Below, piece after piece: positions 50,743 through 60,472 of a stretch of 64,000 nucleotides of DNA (position 1 is its first letter; each line of letters starts with the position of its first letter). A program made the position numbers and the translations under genes. Below the pieces are notes generated by a model. It had not been told where the DNA came from and searched no databases. It saw nothing but the letters and a program-made list of their open reading frames with translations. Location of the stretch: NCBI GenBank assembly GCA_963835935.1, contig CAWIHK010000001.1, positions 6,933-70,932 of the forward strand, written 5' to 3'. The stretch is from Ignavibacteriota bacterium. Lineage in GTDB: Bacteria; Bacteroidota; Ignavibacteria; UBA10030; CAVZMI01.

Positions 50743-50793
50743 GGATAAAGATAAAAGGAAAACGGTAAAAGTAAAAAAATAAAATCGACTAAA

Positions 50794-51339
50794 TTAGAAA
50801 AAAAGTAAATGAACAATAAAGAGCGCCGCGAGCGCTCCGGTAAGATCGGCCATGAGTCCGGCCGCAATTGCATGGCGTGTGTTCTTTATTCCTACCGCTC
50901 CGAAATAAACCGCAATCACATAAAATGTCGTCTCGGAACTTCCGTAGATTGTCGAGACAAGGACTCCTATGAAACTGTCGGGGCCGTGCGTTTTCATGAT
51001 ATCGCTCATCAAACCGAGAGAACCGCTTCCGGAGAGCGGACGCATCAATACCATCGGCAGAGCTTCGGCCGGCATCCCAATCAATCTCGTTACCGGATCG
51101 AGCAATCGAACAAACAACTCGAGGGCGCCGCTCGCTCGAAAAACTCCAATCGCGACGAGCATGCCTACCAGATATGGAATGATTCGCACGGCAACATTAA
51201 ATCCGTCTTTTGCTCCATCGATGAAACAATTGTACACGTTCACTTTTTTTATCAATCCGGCAATTAAAAAAAAGAGGATGAGCAGTGGAATGGAAAAAGT
51301 CGCAATCGCTGTTAATACTATCTTTAGGAATTCCATCAT
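50794..51339 (-). CDS. spmB: SpmB-like nucleoside-recognition (Gate) membrane protein
   Basis: MRPLSGSGS, GSSETTFYVIAVYFG. Confidence 0.88.
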   Translation of the reverse strand: MMEFLKIVLTAIATFSIPLLILFFLIAGLIKKVNVYNCFIDGAKDGFNVAVRIIPYLVGMLVAIGVFRASGALELFVRLLDPVTRLIGMPAEALPMVLMRPLSGSGSLGLMSDIMKTHGPDSFIGVLVSTIYGSSETTFYVIAVYFGAVGIKNTRHAIAAGLMADLTGALAALFIVHLLFF

Positions 51340-52319
51340 TCATTCTCCTTCTTACCACGATTGAAGATCGAGAACCGTTGAAGAAATTTCGAGGTCAGGA
51401 TTCCTACCACTGTTGCTAATGACGCGCCAAAAATTGTTGTACCGATGATTATTGTCGGATTCGCCGAGCCAAGTCCCGCACGAATGGCAATTGCCGTTGC
51501 CGGTATCAGTGTTAATCCGCCGGTATTTATCGCAAGAAAGGTGACCATCGGATTTGATGCAGAAGTTTTTTTCGTATTTAAAGTCTGCAATTCTTCCATT
51601 GCTTTTATTCCGAGTGGTGTTGCCGCATTACTGAGGCCGAGCATATTTGCGGCAATGTTCATCACCATCGCAGCCATAGCCGGATGATCCGGCGGCACTT
51701 CAGGAAAAATCCGGCGCATGATGGGAGAGAGAAATTTCGTGATGACTTTCAAAATTCCAGCCGCTTCGGCGATTTTCATCATCCCGAGCCAGAGAGCCAT
51801 TATTCCGATCAACCCAAGTGCGATTGTAACCGCTGTGCCGGCATATTCGAACATCGTTTGCGTAACAGCTCTCAATCGAACCAACGTCACTGCATCAAAA
51901 AGAATGGTTGAGTGAATTTCCAGTTTTCCATCTTTATATAAATGTCCGATGATTTCTGATTCGCCGATAAGTTTGTCTTTCGTTCCAAGTGCTTCAGCCA
52001 TCGTCTGCCAAATCCGTGGGGAAGAAGAAGAAAGCAACAATTGAATTTTGCGTTCCTTTCTTAGAACTAAAACGTTCTGTCGTATTGTATCTTCAACAAT
52101 GGAAGATTCACTCAAATTGTAAAAATCGGCAAATTGTTTTCTGGAAATAATCATTTCTCCGGCTTGAGTGTTGCCTGTTGAATTATTTTCATCCAAACGC
52201 AACACGACATCGAGAGGAATGCCGTTCCGGTAATTGTTTTGCATCTGATCGGCGACATCATTCCCAACAGCGCAAAGAATTCCAATCACAAGAAGAGTTA
52301 ACCAGATATAGTTCAGCAT
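51336..52319 (-). CDS. spmA: SpmA-like membrane protein with an inserted soluble domain
   Basis: MLNYIW, ANMLGLSNAATPLGIKAM, FLAINT. Confidence 0.88.
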   Translation of the reverse strand: MLNYIWLTLLVIGILCAVGNDVADQMQNNYRNGIPLDVVLRLDENNSTGNTQAGEMIISRKQFADFYNLSESSIVEDTIRQNVLVLRKERKIQLLLSSSSPRIWQTMAEALGTKDKLIGESEIIGHLYKDGKLEIHSTILFDAVTLVRLRAVTQTMFEYAGTAVTIALGLIGIMALWLGMMKIAEAAGILKVITKFLSPIMRRIFPEVPPDHPAMAAMVMNIAANMLGLSNAATPLGIKAMEELQTLNTKKTSASNPMVTFLAINTGGLTLIPATAIAIRAGLGSANPTIIIGTTIFGASLATVVGILTSKFLQRFSIFNRGKKENE

Positions 52320-52342
52320 AATGATCCGTTCGTTGAAGAATA

Positions 52343-52945
52343 TTAGAAACGAACCTGCAAATTTAAACCAACAGCATCGGGACGCGCTAAAAGATTCAGA
52401 TGAACCGATTTTCCCTGATTAAAATCGTACAAACTTGCGTCGACGTAAGCATCGATAATATTTAATGCGTACTCAATTCCCAGATAGCCTGCAAAGGCAT
52501 CCCGTTCATTGTGGTAAAAGTTTCTGACACTTAGATATTGATTACTGATATCTATTGCTCTTGTATCCTTATTCAGATAGGGAGACGAATTGATACATGA
52601 GGTATAGAGATCACGATAATTATGATACAATTTATTCAAATCAATCCAGTTGTATACAAACCAGGCTGCAAACCCGGCGAGAATAGGCACTTTCCAGTAT
52701 GAGCCATTGTAAACCTGGCCGGCGCCGGGAATAACCGCAGAAAGGCACATTGCGAGAAGAGGCGACTTCGATTGTTTGTACGGGACACTAAGCGAATCTG
52801 CAAAATGGAGAGTGTCATTTTGAACAGGGCCGGGCTGAAAAGTCGGAAGAAAATTTGTATCAGGCCGTGCACTGGTTGTTTGTGCATGAAGAGTTGCGCT
52901 TACACACAGAATTGAAATTATTATTATGATGTTTTGAGGCCGCAT
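52343..52945 (-). CDS. DUF5683-like protein
   Basis: KSPLLAMCLSAVIPGAGQVYN...YWK, NIIDAYVDA. Confidence 0.78.
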   Translation of the reverse strand: MRPQNIIIIISILCVSATLHAQTTSARPDTNFLPTFQPGPVQNDTLHFADSLSVPYKQSKSPLLAMCLSAVIPGAGQVYNGSYWKVPILAGFAAWFVYNWIDLNKLYHNYRDLYTSCINSSPYLNKDTRAIDISNQYLSVRNFYHNERDAFAGYLGIEYALNIIDAYVDASLYDFNQGKSVHLNLLARPDAVGLNLQVRF

Positions 52946-52950
52946 GCGTT

Positions 52951-53334
52951 TTAGATTACCGCTATAACTTCGATCTCGACACCAACATCACGCGGAAGGC
53001 GAGCCACCTGGACTGTGCTTCGTGCCGGACTTTCGTGCGCGAAGTATTCAGCGTAGACTTCATTCATCGCGGTGAATTCATTCATATCTTTGAGAAAGAC
53101 AGTTGTTTTCACGATGTTCCGGAACGATGTCCCAGCTTCGTTTAAAATCGCTTTGATATTTTCACAAACACAACGCGTCTGTGATTTGATATCACCAATC
53201 ACAACATTTCCGGTCGATGGATCGATCGGTATCTGACCGGCAAGAAATAAAAAGCGTCCTGAAGCAAGTACAGCTTGATTATATGGCCCGATTGGTAACG
53301 GCGCTTTTTCTGTTTTAATAACAGCGCGCTCCAT
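52951..53334 (-). CDS. ridA: RidA/YjgF family enamine deaminase
   Basis: [29 protein letters not shown]. Confidence 0.93.
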   Translation of the reverse strand: MERAVIKTEKAPLPIGPYNQAVLASGRFLFLAGQIPIDPSTGNVVIGDIKSQTRCVCENIKAILNEAGTSFRNIVKTTVFLKDMNEFTAMNEVYAEYFAHESPARSTVQVARLPRDVGVEIEVIAVI

Positions 53335-53346
53335 AATTCTATCCTC

Positions 53347-54255
53347 CTATTTTTCCGTCAAGAGTTCGAGAATGCGTTCTAAATCCTCTGGCGAATAATA
53401 TTCGATGACAATTTCACCTTTGCCTGTCGGGTGAGATTTTATCTGGACTTTAGTACCGAGCGCATGCCGCAAACGCGATTCCATGTTCCGGATTCCGCCG
53501 TCGGCCGGTGGTGACGGAATTGTGCCACCCTTGTGTTGGACGGTCGGTTTGGTGCCGATGTTCCGCGCAAGCTCTTCGACTTTGCGAACGGATAATGCTT
53601 CTCTGACTATTTTTTGCCAGACTTTTAATTGTGCCGCCTCATTTGGTAATCCGATCAAAGCACGCGCATGGCCCATGGAAATTTCTTCACGTCGTAAACT
53701 CCGTTGAATACGTTCCGGAAGTTTTAGCAAGCGGAGAAAATTCGTAACCGTCGACCGGTCTTTCCCGATTTTTTTTGCTACAAGATCCTGTGTCAAACGG
53801 CACTCATCAATAAGCCGCTGATATGAAATTGCAATTTCAATCGGATTTAAATGTTCGCGCTGAAGATTTTCAACAAGAGCAAGCTCGAGCATTTCTTCAT
53901 CGGTTGAAACCTCGATGATATATGCCGGGATGGCCTTTAGCCCAATATCCTGCGATGCGCGCACACGGCGTTCACCTGAGATCAATTCGTACATTCCGCC
54001 CGCAACGCGCCGCACTGTGATCGGTTGAATAACGCCTTTTTCCTGGATCGAGCGCTTAAGATCTTCGAGCGCTTCCGCATCAAAATCCATGCGCGGTTGG
54101 AAAGGATTTGGTTTTACTTTTACAAGATCGACAGTAGCGATGATATTGGGTTGACCGTTATCGGAATCTTGTATGTTGGAATAAACAGAGACGTCGCCGC
54201 TTGTCGAGCGCTGAATCAATGCGCTCAAACCTTTTCCCAGAACTGTTTTGCCCAT
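53347..54255 (-). CDS. parB: Chromosome partitioning protein ParB
   Basis: LGKGLSALI, NPFQPR, GERRVRA, ENLQRE, HTH. Confidence 0.96.
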   Translation of the reverse strand: MGKTVLGKGLSALIQRSTSGDVSVYSNIQDSDNGQPNIIATVDLVKVKPNPFQPRMDFDAEALEDLKRSIQEKGVIQPITVRRVAGGMYELISGERRVRASQDIGLKAIPAYIIEVSTDEEMLELALVENLQREHLNPIEIAISYQRLIDECRLTQDLVAKKIGKDRSTVTNFLRLLKLPERIQRSLRREEISMGHARALIGLPNEAAQLKVWQKIVREALSVRKVEELARNIGTKPTVQHKGGTIPSPPADGGIRNMESRLRHALGTKVQIKSHPTGKGEIVIEYYSPEDLERILELLTEK

Positions 54256-54284
54256 GCGTTCTGTACTTCTCCGTCCAATTATTG

Positions 54285-55055
54285 TTATGATTTATTATTC
54301 TGAAGAATTTCTTTTGTCAATTCCATATAATTCCTCGTTCCGCTTGAAATTGCGTCGTAGAGGATGATCGGTTTTCCAAAGCTCGGAGCTTCACTTAATC
54401 GGACATTCCGTGTGATAATGGTCGAAAACACCTTATCACCAAAATATTTTTTAACTTCATCCACAATCTGATTCGATAATCTCAGGCGGCCGTCGAACAT
54501 CGTCATCAAAACACCCTCAACATCAAGATGTGAATTGAGGTTCTTCTTGACGATATTGATTGTGTTCAATAATTGGCTCAATCCTTCGAGCGCATAGTAC
54601 TCGCATTGAACAGGGATGAGAACCGTATCCGCCGCAGTAAGCGCGTTAAGCGTCAACAACCCGAGAGAGGGCGGACAATCGATGATGATATATTTGTAAT
54701 GTTTTCTGATTTTTTCCAGTGCGCGTTTCAACATTGTTTCGCGATTTGAATACTCTACCAGTTCCACTTCTGCACCGACAAGATTCACATGTGAAGGAAG
54801 AATAGAAAGAAATGGCACCTCCGTTTTTACGATCGCTTCTGCCGGTTCAATTTGATGGATTAAAACTTCATAAGTTGTTTTTCCCGAATCTTCCTTTTCA
54901 ATTCCTACACCGCTCGTGGCATTTGCCTGCGGATCGATATCAACCAAAAGCGTCTCATATTCTGCCACACCTAGACACGAAGCAAGATTCACCGCTGTCG
55001 TTGTCTTACCAACTCCGCCTTTCTGATTCGTGATCGTAATTATTTTTCCCAACAA
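54285..55055 (-). CDS. parA: Chromosome partitioning ATPase ParA/Soj
   Basis: NQKGGVGKTT, DIDPQANAT, DCPPSLG, EAPSFG. Confidence 0.96.
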   Translation of the reverse strand: MLGKIITITNQKGGVGKTTTAVNLASCLGVAEYETLLVDIDPQANATSGVGIEKEDSGKTTYEVLIHQIEPAEAIVKTEVPFLSILPSHVNLVGAEVELVEYSNRETMLKRALEKIRKHYKYIIIDCPPSLGLLTLNALTAADTVLIPVQCEYYALEGLSQLLNTINIVKKNLNSHLDVEGVLMTMFDGRLRLSNQIVDEVKKYFGDKVFSTIITRNVRLSEAPSFGKPIILYDAISSGTRNYMELTKEILQNNKS

Positions 55056-55124
55056 ATCACTCCTGAAATTAATTATTTAAAGATAAATCAATCCAATTAC
55101 TTTTTAAAAAATCGATAGAGATGA

Positions 55125-55366
55125 AATGTAAACGTGAAACATCGTGAAACAAATATAAATTATTTTTTGAGGTATTGCAATCAAAATATTAGTTATCAAC
55201 AGCTTATCCACGATTATTTTTTAATTGATAATCGGTTTCTAATTGTTTATTTTTCTACACATTATTGTAATATTAGAATTGAAGCCTAAAATTGCGATAT
55301 TAAATAAAGACTTTATCCACATCCGGATGTGGAAAAAATGTCATTTTGGGAGATAAATGTGGAAAA
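55125..55366. promoter_or_regulatory. DnaA-box cluster with parS-like half-sites (candidate oriC)
   Basis: TTATCAACA 55193, TTATCCACG 55204, TTATCCACA 55313, TGTGGAAAA 55328 and 55358; CGTGAAACA twice at 55133-55151; very AT-rich. Confidence 0.65.
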
Positions 55367-55733
55367 GTTAGGATTAATTGGTATTGGAGGCTTTGCAGGC
55401 AGTGTTTTTCGGTACTTAATGCAAGGTTTGATTCATAAGTGGACCGGACCGGGTTTTCCTTATGGCACGTTCGTTGTTAATATCCTCGGTTGTTTTTTCA
55501 TTGGATTAATCATGACTCTGTCAGAGGAACGCTTTTTGATCAGTCAAAATTTGAGGATATTTTTAACTGTCGGGTTGCTTGGCGGCTTTACAACGTTTTC
55601 TTCTTTCAGTTACGAGTCATACTCTTTATTCCAACAAGGTGAATATCTTTACGTGGCTTTTAATACATGGGGAAGTATTATTTTTGGTCTGCTTGCAACC
55701 TGGTGCGGTGCAGTTCTCGCACGGTTGTTTTAA
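55359..55733 (+). CDS. crcB: Fluoride efflux channel FluC/CrcB
   Basis: GGFAGSVFRY, GTFVVNILG, GGFTTFSSF; probable GTG start at 55359. Confidence 0.95.
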   Translation: MEKLGLIGIGGFAGSVFRYLMQGLIHKWTGPGFPYGTFVVNILGCFFIGLIMTLSEERFLISQNLRIFLTVGLLGGFTTFSSFSYESYSLFQQGEYLYVAFNTWGSIIFGLLATWCGAVLARLF

Positions 55734-55756
55734 TTTTTTGAGAAAGGGTTGATGTT

Positions 55757-56110
55757 ATGAATCTTTCAGGAGAAGGAAAACTACTCCGGATTTTTATCGG
55801 AGAGGCAGATAAAATTCATGGTAAACTGCTTTACGAAAAAATTGTTGAGCTTGCACGGCAGGATGGAATGGCCGGCGCGACTGTTCTTCGCGGTGTTGAA
55901 AGCTTTGGAGCATCGAGCAGGATTCATACGGCGAAGATCCTGCGTCTGTCCGAAGATCTTCCAATGGTAATTGAAATTATAGATACAAAAGAAAAAATCG
56001 AGGCACTCCTTCCAAAAATCGATATGGTGTTGAATGATGCCGATTGCGGCGGAATTGTGACGGTTGAATCAGTCGAGATTTTAAAATATTTTCATCAGCG
56101 GAAGAATTGA
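55757..56110 (+). CDS. DUF190 (PII-like) protein
   Basis: LLRIFIGE, GATVLRG, LSEDLP; commonly found next to crcB. Confidence 0.9.
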   Translation: MNLSGEGKLLRIFIGEADKIHGKLLYEKIVELARQDGMAGATVLRGVESFGASSRIHTAKILRLSEDLPMVIEIIDTKEKIEALLPKIDMVLNDADCGGIVTVESVEILKYFHQRKN

Positions 56111-56127
56111 GACTGTAACTCTACAAT

Positions 56128-56739
56128 TTAATCCTCCACTAAAATAACGATCAACTCGCGCGGGCCGTGCATTCCTTGAATTAGTATCTTCTCAATATCA
56201 GCCGTACGGCTTGGCCCGGTTATAAAGATCATACTGCTGAGATTAGCAGGCCATTCCTCGTTACCGATTGCCCAGTACCGGAAAAATTCTTCCATATTTT
56301 GATACAATTTTCTTTTTGATGCGATGACGATATGACGGCTCGGTAATAAAGACGCTGAACGCCGAGAAAATTTTCCGTGGCAAATTACGATGGTTCCGGT
56401 CTCCGCTATCAATCCGTCGCACGATGTTACACCTGTTTCGGCTTCAAGAATATTGTCGGTGGATTTCCATTGACTTAAATCATACTTCTCTAATTCATGG
56501 TCGTTTGCAATGAATACTTTTCCGCTGATCTTCAACAGCATTTCAAGCTGTTCGGCAATGGATTTCTCGGAAGCTGGAATGCACAATCCGCCGACGGATT
56601 GAATTCTTTCGGAAAATAATTTAATCGCATCTCTTTCTTGCATCGGCTGTTGACGGCTGCTTTTCACTCCCGATTTTTCTGATGTGTCGGATCCCGATGA
56701 TATATCGAGTTGTTTTAATATTGATTCACGTTCATCCAT
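56128..56739 (-). CDS. lutC: Lactate utilization protein C (LUD domain)
   Basis: IAETGT, ITGPSRTADIE, GMHGP. Confidence 0.9.
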   Translation of the reverse strand: MDERESILKQLDISSGSDTSEKSGVKSSRQQPMQERDAIKLFSERIQSVGGLCIPASEKSIAEQLEMLLKISGKVFIANDHELEKYDLSQWKSTDNILEAETGVTSCDGLIAETGTIVICHGKFSRRSASLLPSRHIVIASKRKLYQNMEEFFRYWAIGNEEWPANLSSMIFITGPSRTADIEKILIQGMHGPRELIVILVED

Positions 56740-58132
56740 CGTTCTCGGTTTGCTCCTTCCACAATTGGCGGAATGTTTTTTTCGCCGGCTTAGGGAAGTT
56801 CCTCGTCTTTGACCAGATGGGAACTCTCATCGTGTTTCCTCTCCCCATAATCTTACCATAAATTTTTGCACCCAATGTTGCCGCTGCAAGTGTTCTTGAA
56901 TTCTTCAAAAGAATCACCCAGAGTTTAAAAATTATTTTTTCCGTTTTTTTTGATAATTTATGATCGACAATAGCAGATCGTTGGTGCAGCAGAAGCCGAT
57001 GAATTGGAATTTTAACCGGACAGATATCCGAACAACTTCCGCACAAAGAAGACGCGAATGGCAATGCTTTGGCATCATCGAGATTTGTCATCGATGGTGT
57101 GAGGATAGAACCGATCGGCCCGGGATACACCGAACCGTATGCATGTCCGCCGATGGTTTGATAAACCGGACAAATATTCAAACACGCCCCGCATCGGATA
57201 CATTTTAACATCGAGCGTAATTCTGGATCCTGAAGAATGGAAGAGCGGTTGTTGTCAACAAGGATGAGATAAATCTCTTCCGGGCCATCCGTATCTTCAT
57301 CCTTTCTGTGAGACTGTATGACCGACACATAACTCGTCATGCGCTGGCCTGTCGCGCTTCGTGGAAGCATTCTCAAGAAAAGAGGGAGATGATCGATCTT
57401 TGGAATAATTTTTTCGATGCCGGTGATTGCGATGTGAGTCTTCGGCAAAGTTGTTACGAAGCGAGCGTTTCCTTCATTTTCAATGATGACAATAGAACCG
57501 GTTTCCGCGATTAAAAAATTTGCACCGGTTATTCCGATATCGGCATCGAGAAACTTTTGCCTGAGCGTTGCACGCGCCGCCGCGGTTAATTGCTGTGGAT
57601 CATCCGTATAAGGAATATTTAGTTCCTTTGAAAAAAGCTCGCCGATTTGTTTCCGCGATAAATGAAGTGCGGGAGCTGTAATGTGCGATGGCGGTTCATG
57701 ATTTAATTGTACGATGTACTCGCCAAGATCGGTTTCGACAATTTCACAACCTTGCGATTCGAGAAATGGATTAAGAGCAATCTCTTCCGTCACCATTGAT
57801 TTCGATTTTACAATAGATCGTGCCTGTTTGAGCCGCACGATGCTATAAACCAGCAAACATGCAGATTCCGCCGTTCGTGCCCATAAAATTTTGATGCCGT
57901 GTGCCGACGCATTTTTTTCAAATTCTTCGAGGTATTGACCGAGATGTTCAAGAACTTCTTCTTTGATCTCCGAAGCTTCGATCCGCCAATCTTCCCAATT
58001 TGAAATTTCACTGACAACTTTTTCACGTGCTGCAAGTGTGTGTTTTGTCGCCTTCAACAAATTTTCGCGCAACTGTGCGTTATGGATTGCTTGATGCGCG
58101 TTGGATAAAAATTGTCGAGATTTTTTCTGCAT
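56732..58132 (-). CDS. lutB: Lactate utilization protein B (Fe-S)
   Basis: KSKSM, ETDLGE, CIRCGACLNICP, CGSCSDICP. Confidence 0.93.
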   Translation of the reverse strand: MQKKSRQFLSNAHQAIHNAQLRENLLKATKHTLAAREKVVSEISNWEDWRIEASEIKEEVLEHLGQYLEEFEKNASAHGIKILWARTAESACLLVYSIVRLKQARSIVKSKSMVTEEIALNPFLESQGCEIVETDLGEYIVQLNHEPPSHITAPALHLSRKQIGELFSKELNIPYTDDPQQLTAAARATLRQKFLDADIGITGANFLIAETGSIVIIENEGNARFVTTLPKTHIAITGIEKIIPKIDHLPLFLRMLPRSATGQRMTSYVSVIQSHRKDEDTDGPEEIYLILVDNNRSSILQDPELRSMLKCIRCGACLNICPVYQTIGGHAYGSVYPGPIGSILTPSMTNLDDAKALPFASSLCGSCSDICPVKIPIHRLLLHQRSAIVDHKLSKKTEKIIFKLWVILLKNSRTLAAATLGAKIYGKIMGRGNTMRVPIWSKTRNFPKPAKKTFRQLWKEQTENDG

Positions 58133-58138
58133 GGTTAA

Positions 58139-58852
58139 TTATTGCCTGGCTAAAATTTCTGCAAGGTGGATTGACTTAATATTTGTTTTTTTTCTTCGCA
58201 TGTAGCCGTCGATCTGCATTAAACAGCTTGAATCGTTCGCGGTCACATATTCAACTCCTGCTTTCATGATGTTTTGGACTTTTCTATCGGCCATCTCAGT
58301 CGAAATCTCCGGATACTTCACCGCAAACGTTCCGCCAAACCCACAGCATCTATCGCTTTCTTCCATTTCGATCAACTCAAGTCCCTTAACCTTACTTAGT
58401 AATAAACGAGGTTCTTCTTTGATTTTGAGTTCACGAAGTAAATGACATGAGTCGTGATATGTTACTCGATGCCTAAACCGCGCACCAATATCGATAACTT
58501 GTAGTTTATGGACGATGAATTCTGAAAACTCATAGGTTCGTTCGCAAAGTTGGCGATAGTCTTCCGGCATATCTTCAGGCCATAATTCTTTATACAAATT
58601 TCGAATCATACTCACACACGAGCCGCTTGGTCCGACAATGTATTCGCTTCCGTCAAATATTTTTAACCAACGTTCTGCAACCGATCGAGCCTCGTGACGA
58701 TAACCGGTATTCATCGCCGGTTGTCCGCAGCAAGTTTGTTTGGGATTATACTCCACATCGACTTCAAGCCGGCGGAGAATAGAAAGCATTGCAATACCCG
58801 TTTCCGGATAGAATTGGTCAACCAAACATGGTATGAAAAGAGATACACGCAT
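58139..58852 (-). CDS. lutA: Lactate utilization protein A (CCG domains)
   Basis: QTCCGQP, YHDSCH, RCCGFGGTF. Confidence 0.93.
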   Translation of the reverse strand: MRVSLFIPCLVDQFYPETGIAMLSILRRLEVDVEYNPKQTCCGQPAMNTGYRHEARSVAERWLKIFDGSEYIVGPSGSCVSMIRNLYKELWPEDMPEDYRQLCERTYEFSEFIVHKLQVIDIGARFRHRVTYHDSCHLLRELKIKEEPRLLLSKVKGLELIEMEESDRCCGFGGTFAVKYPEISTEMADRKVQNIMKAGVEYVTANDSSCLMQIDGYMRRKKTNIKSIHLAEILARQ

Positions 58853-58879
58853 AATGATTATTTAGTTCGCGCTGAAAAA

Positions 58880-59001
58880 CCTTTGTGTCCTTCATAGATT
58901 GCCAACTCACCTTTGCGAACTTTGTGGTTAACCACAGAGCCCACAGAGAGTAAATGGCTTTTCCCGAAGGGATCCCTTTCGGACTATGAAGAACACAAAG
59001 G
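58880..59001. repeat. Nested inverted repeat built from 9-mer units
   Basis: cctttgtgtccttcatag (58880-58897)/ctatgaagaacacaaagg (58984-59001); central ctttgtggttaaccacagag. Confidence 0.7.
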
Positions 59002-59098
59002 AATATTTTATATTACTCATAGTTTAATTGACTTTTTCAGTGAGAACTATTTATAAATGTAACTATTGATGGTATAAAAAGAAAGGAATAATGTGAAG

Positions 59099-59140
59099 AT
59101 AGAAAACAGAAAACAGAAGACAGAAAACGGAAGACAGAAT
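59099..59140. repeat. Orphan heptamer tandem array (CAGAARA)
   Basis: agaaaac agaaaac agaagac agaaaac ggaagac agaat; same unit as at 2436-2453. Confidence 0.75.
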
Positions 59141-59182
59141 GAGTCGTGAATGGAGTTTCAAAATTTACAGAGGCCAAAGAGA

Positions 59183-60472
59183 TCAGGTTTTCTGCTGTTT
59201 CTTTTTTGCGGCGGGGAAGAGAATGTTATTGAGTATCAATCTGTATCCGGGAGAATTTTTATGCAGTGCGAGGTCTGTCGGTGGATCCCAAACTGCATGT
59301 TGGTAATCTTCCGGATCGTGGCCGCCGTAAAAAGTAAAAGTTCCGCGTCCGAAGTTACCGTGCAAATATTTTACTTGCTCGGTTCCTTCTTTTTGGGCTA
59401 AAATCGTAATGTTCCGTTTTATCAGATTTTTTTTGAATCCTGTTGTCTGTCCCATGAAGCCCTTGATGATATTCACGTGATCTTGTGTCAACATAGTCGG
59501 CACCGGATCGTACTTGGCGGAAAAATCGAACAGCGTGAAATAATCTGTGTTCGGATCCATAATCGGAACTGGATCGCTCGGCGGAATATCGATGTCGGAA
59601 TATTCGTAGATCAACGGATTCATCACCAGCTTGAAATTTTCAAAGGCGAGAGTTTTGGAAAAATCTAATTTCTTTTGCGCATCCGGATCGGGCGGATCGC
59701 CATCGAACATGACATCGGCGATATTCGTGTTCTCGGCGGCAAGAGCAATGTCGAATGTATCTGTTGCAGAACACATCGCAAAAAGAAATCCGCCATTTCC
59801 GATATAAGCTTTGATGGCACGCGCAACGGCTTTTTTCATTTCGGATACTTTTTTAAATCCAAGTTTGGCGGCCATCTTTTCATTTATCGCAACCTGGTCG
59901 ATGTACCATTGTTGCGTTGAATAATTGGCGTAAAATTTTCCATACTGGCCGGTAAAATCTTCATGATGTAAATGAAGCCAGTCGTAATCTTTTAATTTTC
60001 CATGGAGGACTTCTTCGTCCCATACTTTATCGTACGGGATTTCAGCGTACTCGAGTGCCAGAGTTACGGCATCATCCCACGGATTAAAATTCGGAGGAAC
60101 GTAAACTGCAATCTTCGGAACTTTTTCGAGCAGGACAATATCCATATTATTATCTTCTTGCTGGATTTCGGCGAGTATCTGATTGGCTTGAGTTCCGTTG
60201 ATGGTTTCGAATGATACTTCACGGATTCTACATTCGCGGGCAAACTCTTCATGATAATCGAACATGAACGAACCGCCGCGGTAATTGAGCAGCCAATCGA
60301 CATTCAATCCATTCTTCAAAACGAAGAATGCTATTCCATAAGCTTTGAGATGATTCGTCTGTTGTAAGTCCATCGGGATCAGAATTTTTTGAGCAAAAAC
60401 AGGCAGCGTCAAGATTATACAGAGGAGAAAACTCAGCCAAAGTTTAATTCTCCTATGATTAGATGGACTCAT
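59183..60472 (-). CDS. Conserved secreted protein (often labelled 'asparagine synthetase B' in Bacteroidota; function unverified)
   Basis: WLLNYRGGSF, PWDDAVTLAL, WLHLHHEDFTGQYGKFY, GHDPEDY, PGYRLILNN. Confidence 0.75.
   Translation of the reverse strand: MSPSNHRRIKLWLSFLLCIILTLPVFAQKILIPMDLQQTNHLKAYGIAFFVLKNGLNVDWLLNYRGGSFMFDYHEEFARECRIREVSFETINGTQANQILAEIQQEDNNMDIVLLEKVPKIAVYVPPNFNPWDDAVTLALEYAEIPYDKVWDEEVLHGKLKDYDWLHLHHEDFTGQYGKFYANYSTQQWYIDQVAINEKMAAKLGFKKVSEMKKAVARAIKAYIGNGGFLFAMCSATDTFDIALAAENTNIADVMFDGDPPDPDAQKKLDFSKTLAFENFKLVMNPLIYEYSDIDIPPSDPVPIMDPNTDYFTLFDFSAKYDPVPTMLTQDHVNIIKGFMGQTTGFKKNLIKRNITILAQKEGTEQVKYLHGNFGRGTFTFYGGHDPEDYQHAVWDPPTDLALHKNSPGYRLILNNILFPAAKKKQQKT

Noticed and set aside
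55126-55151. Full parS site
   Set aside because: Only the right half (CGTGAAACA) matches; kept as half-sites only.
55200-55358. Fluoride riboswitch upstream of crcB
   Set aside because: No GGCGATGG...TGATG-type consensus; the region is AT-rich and dominated by DnaA boxes.
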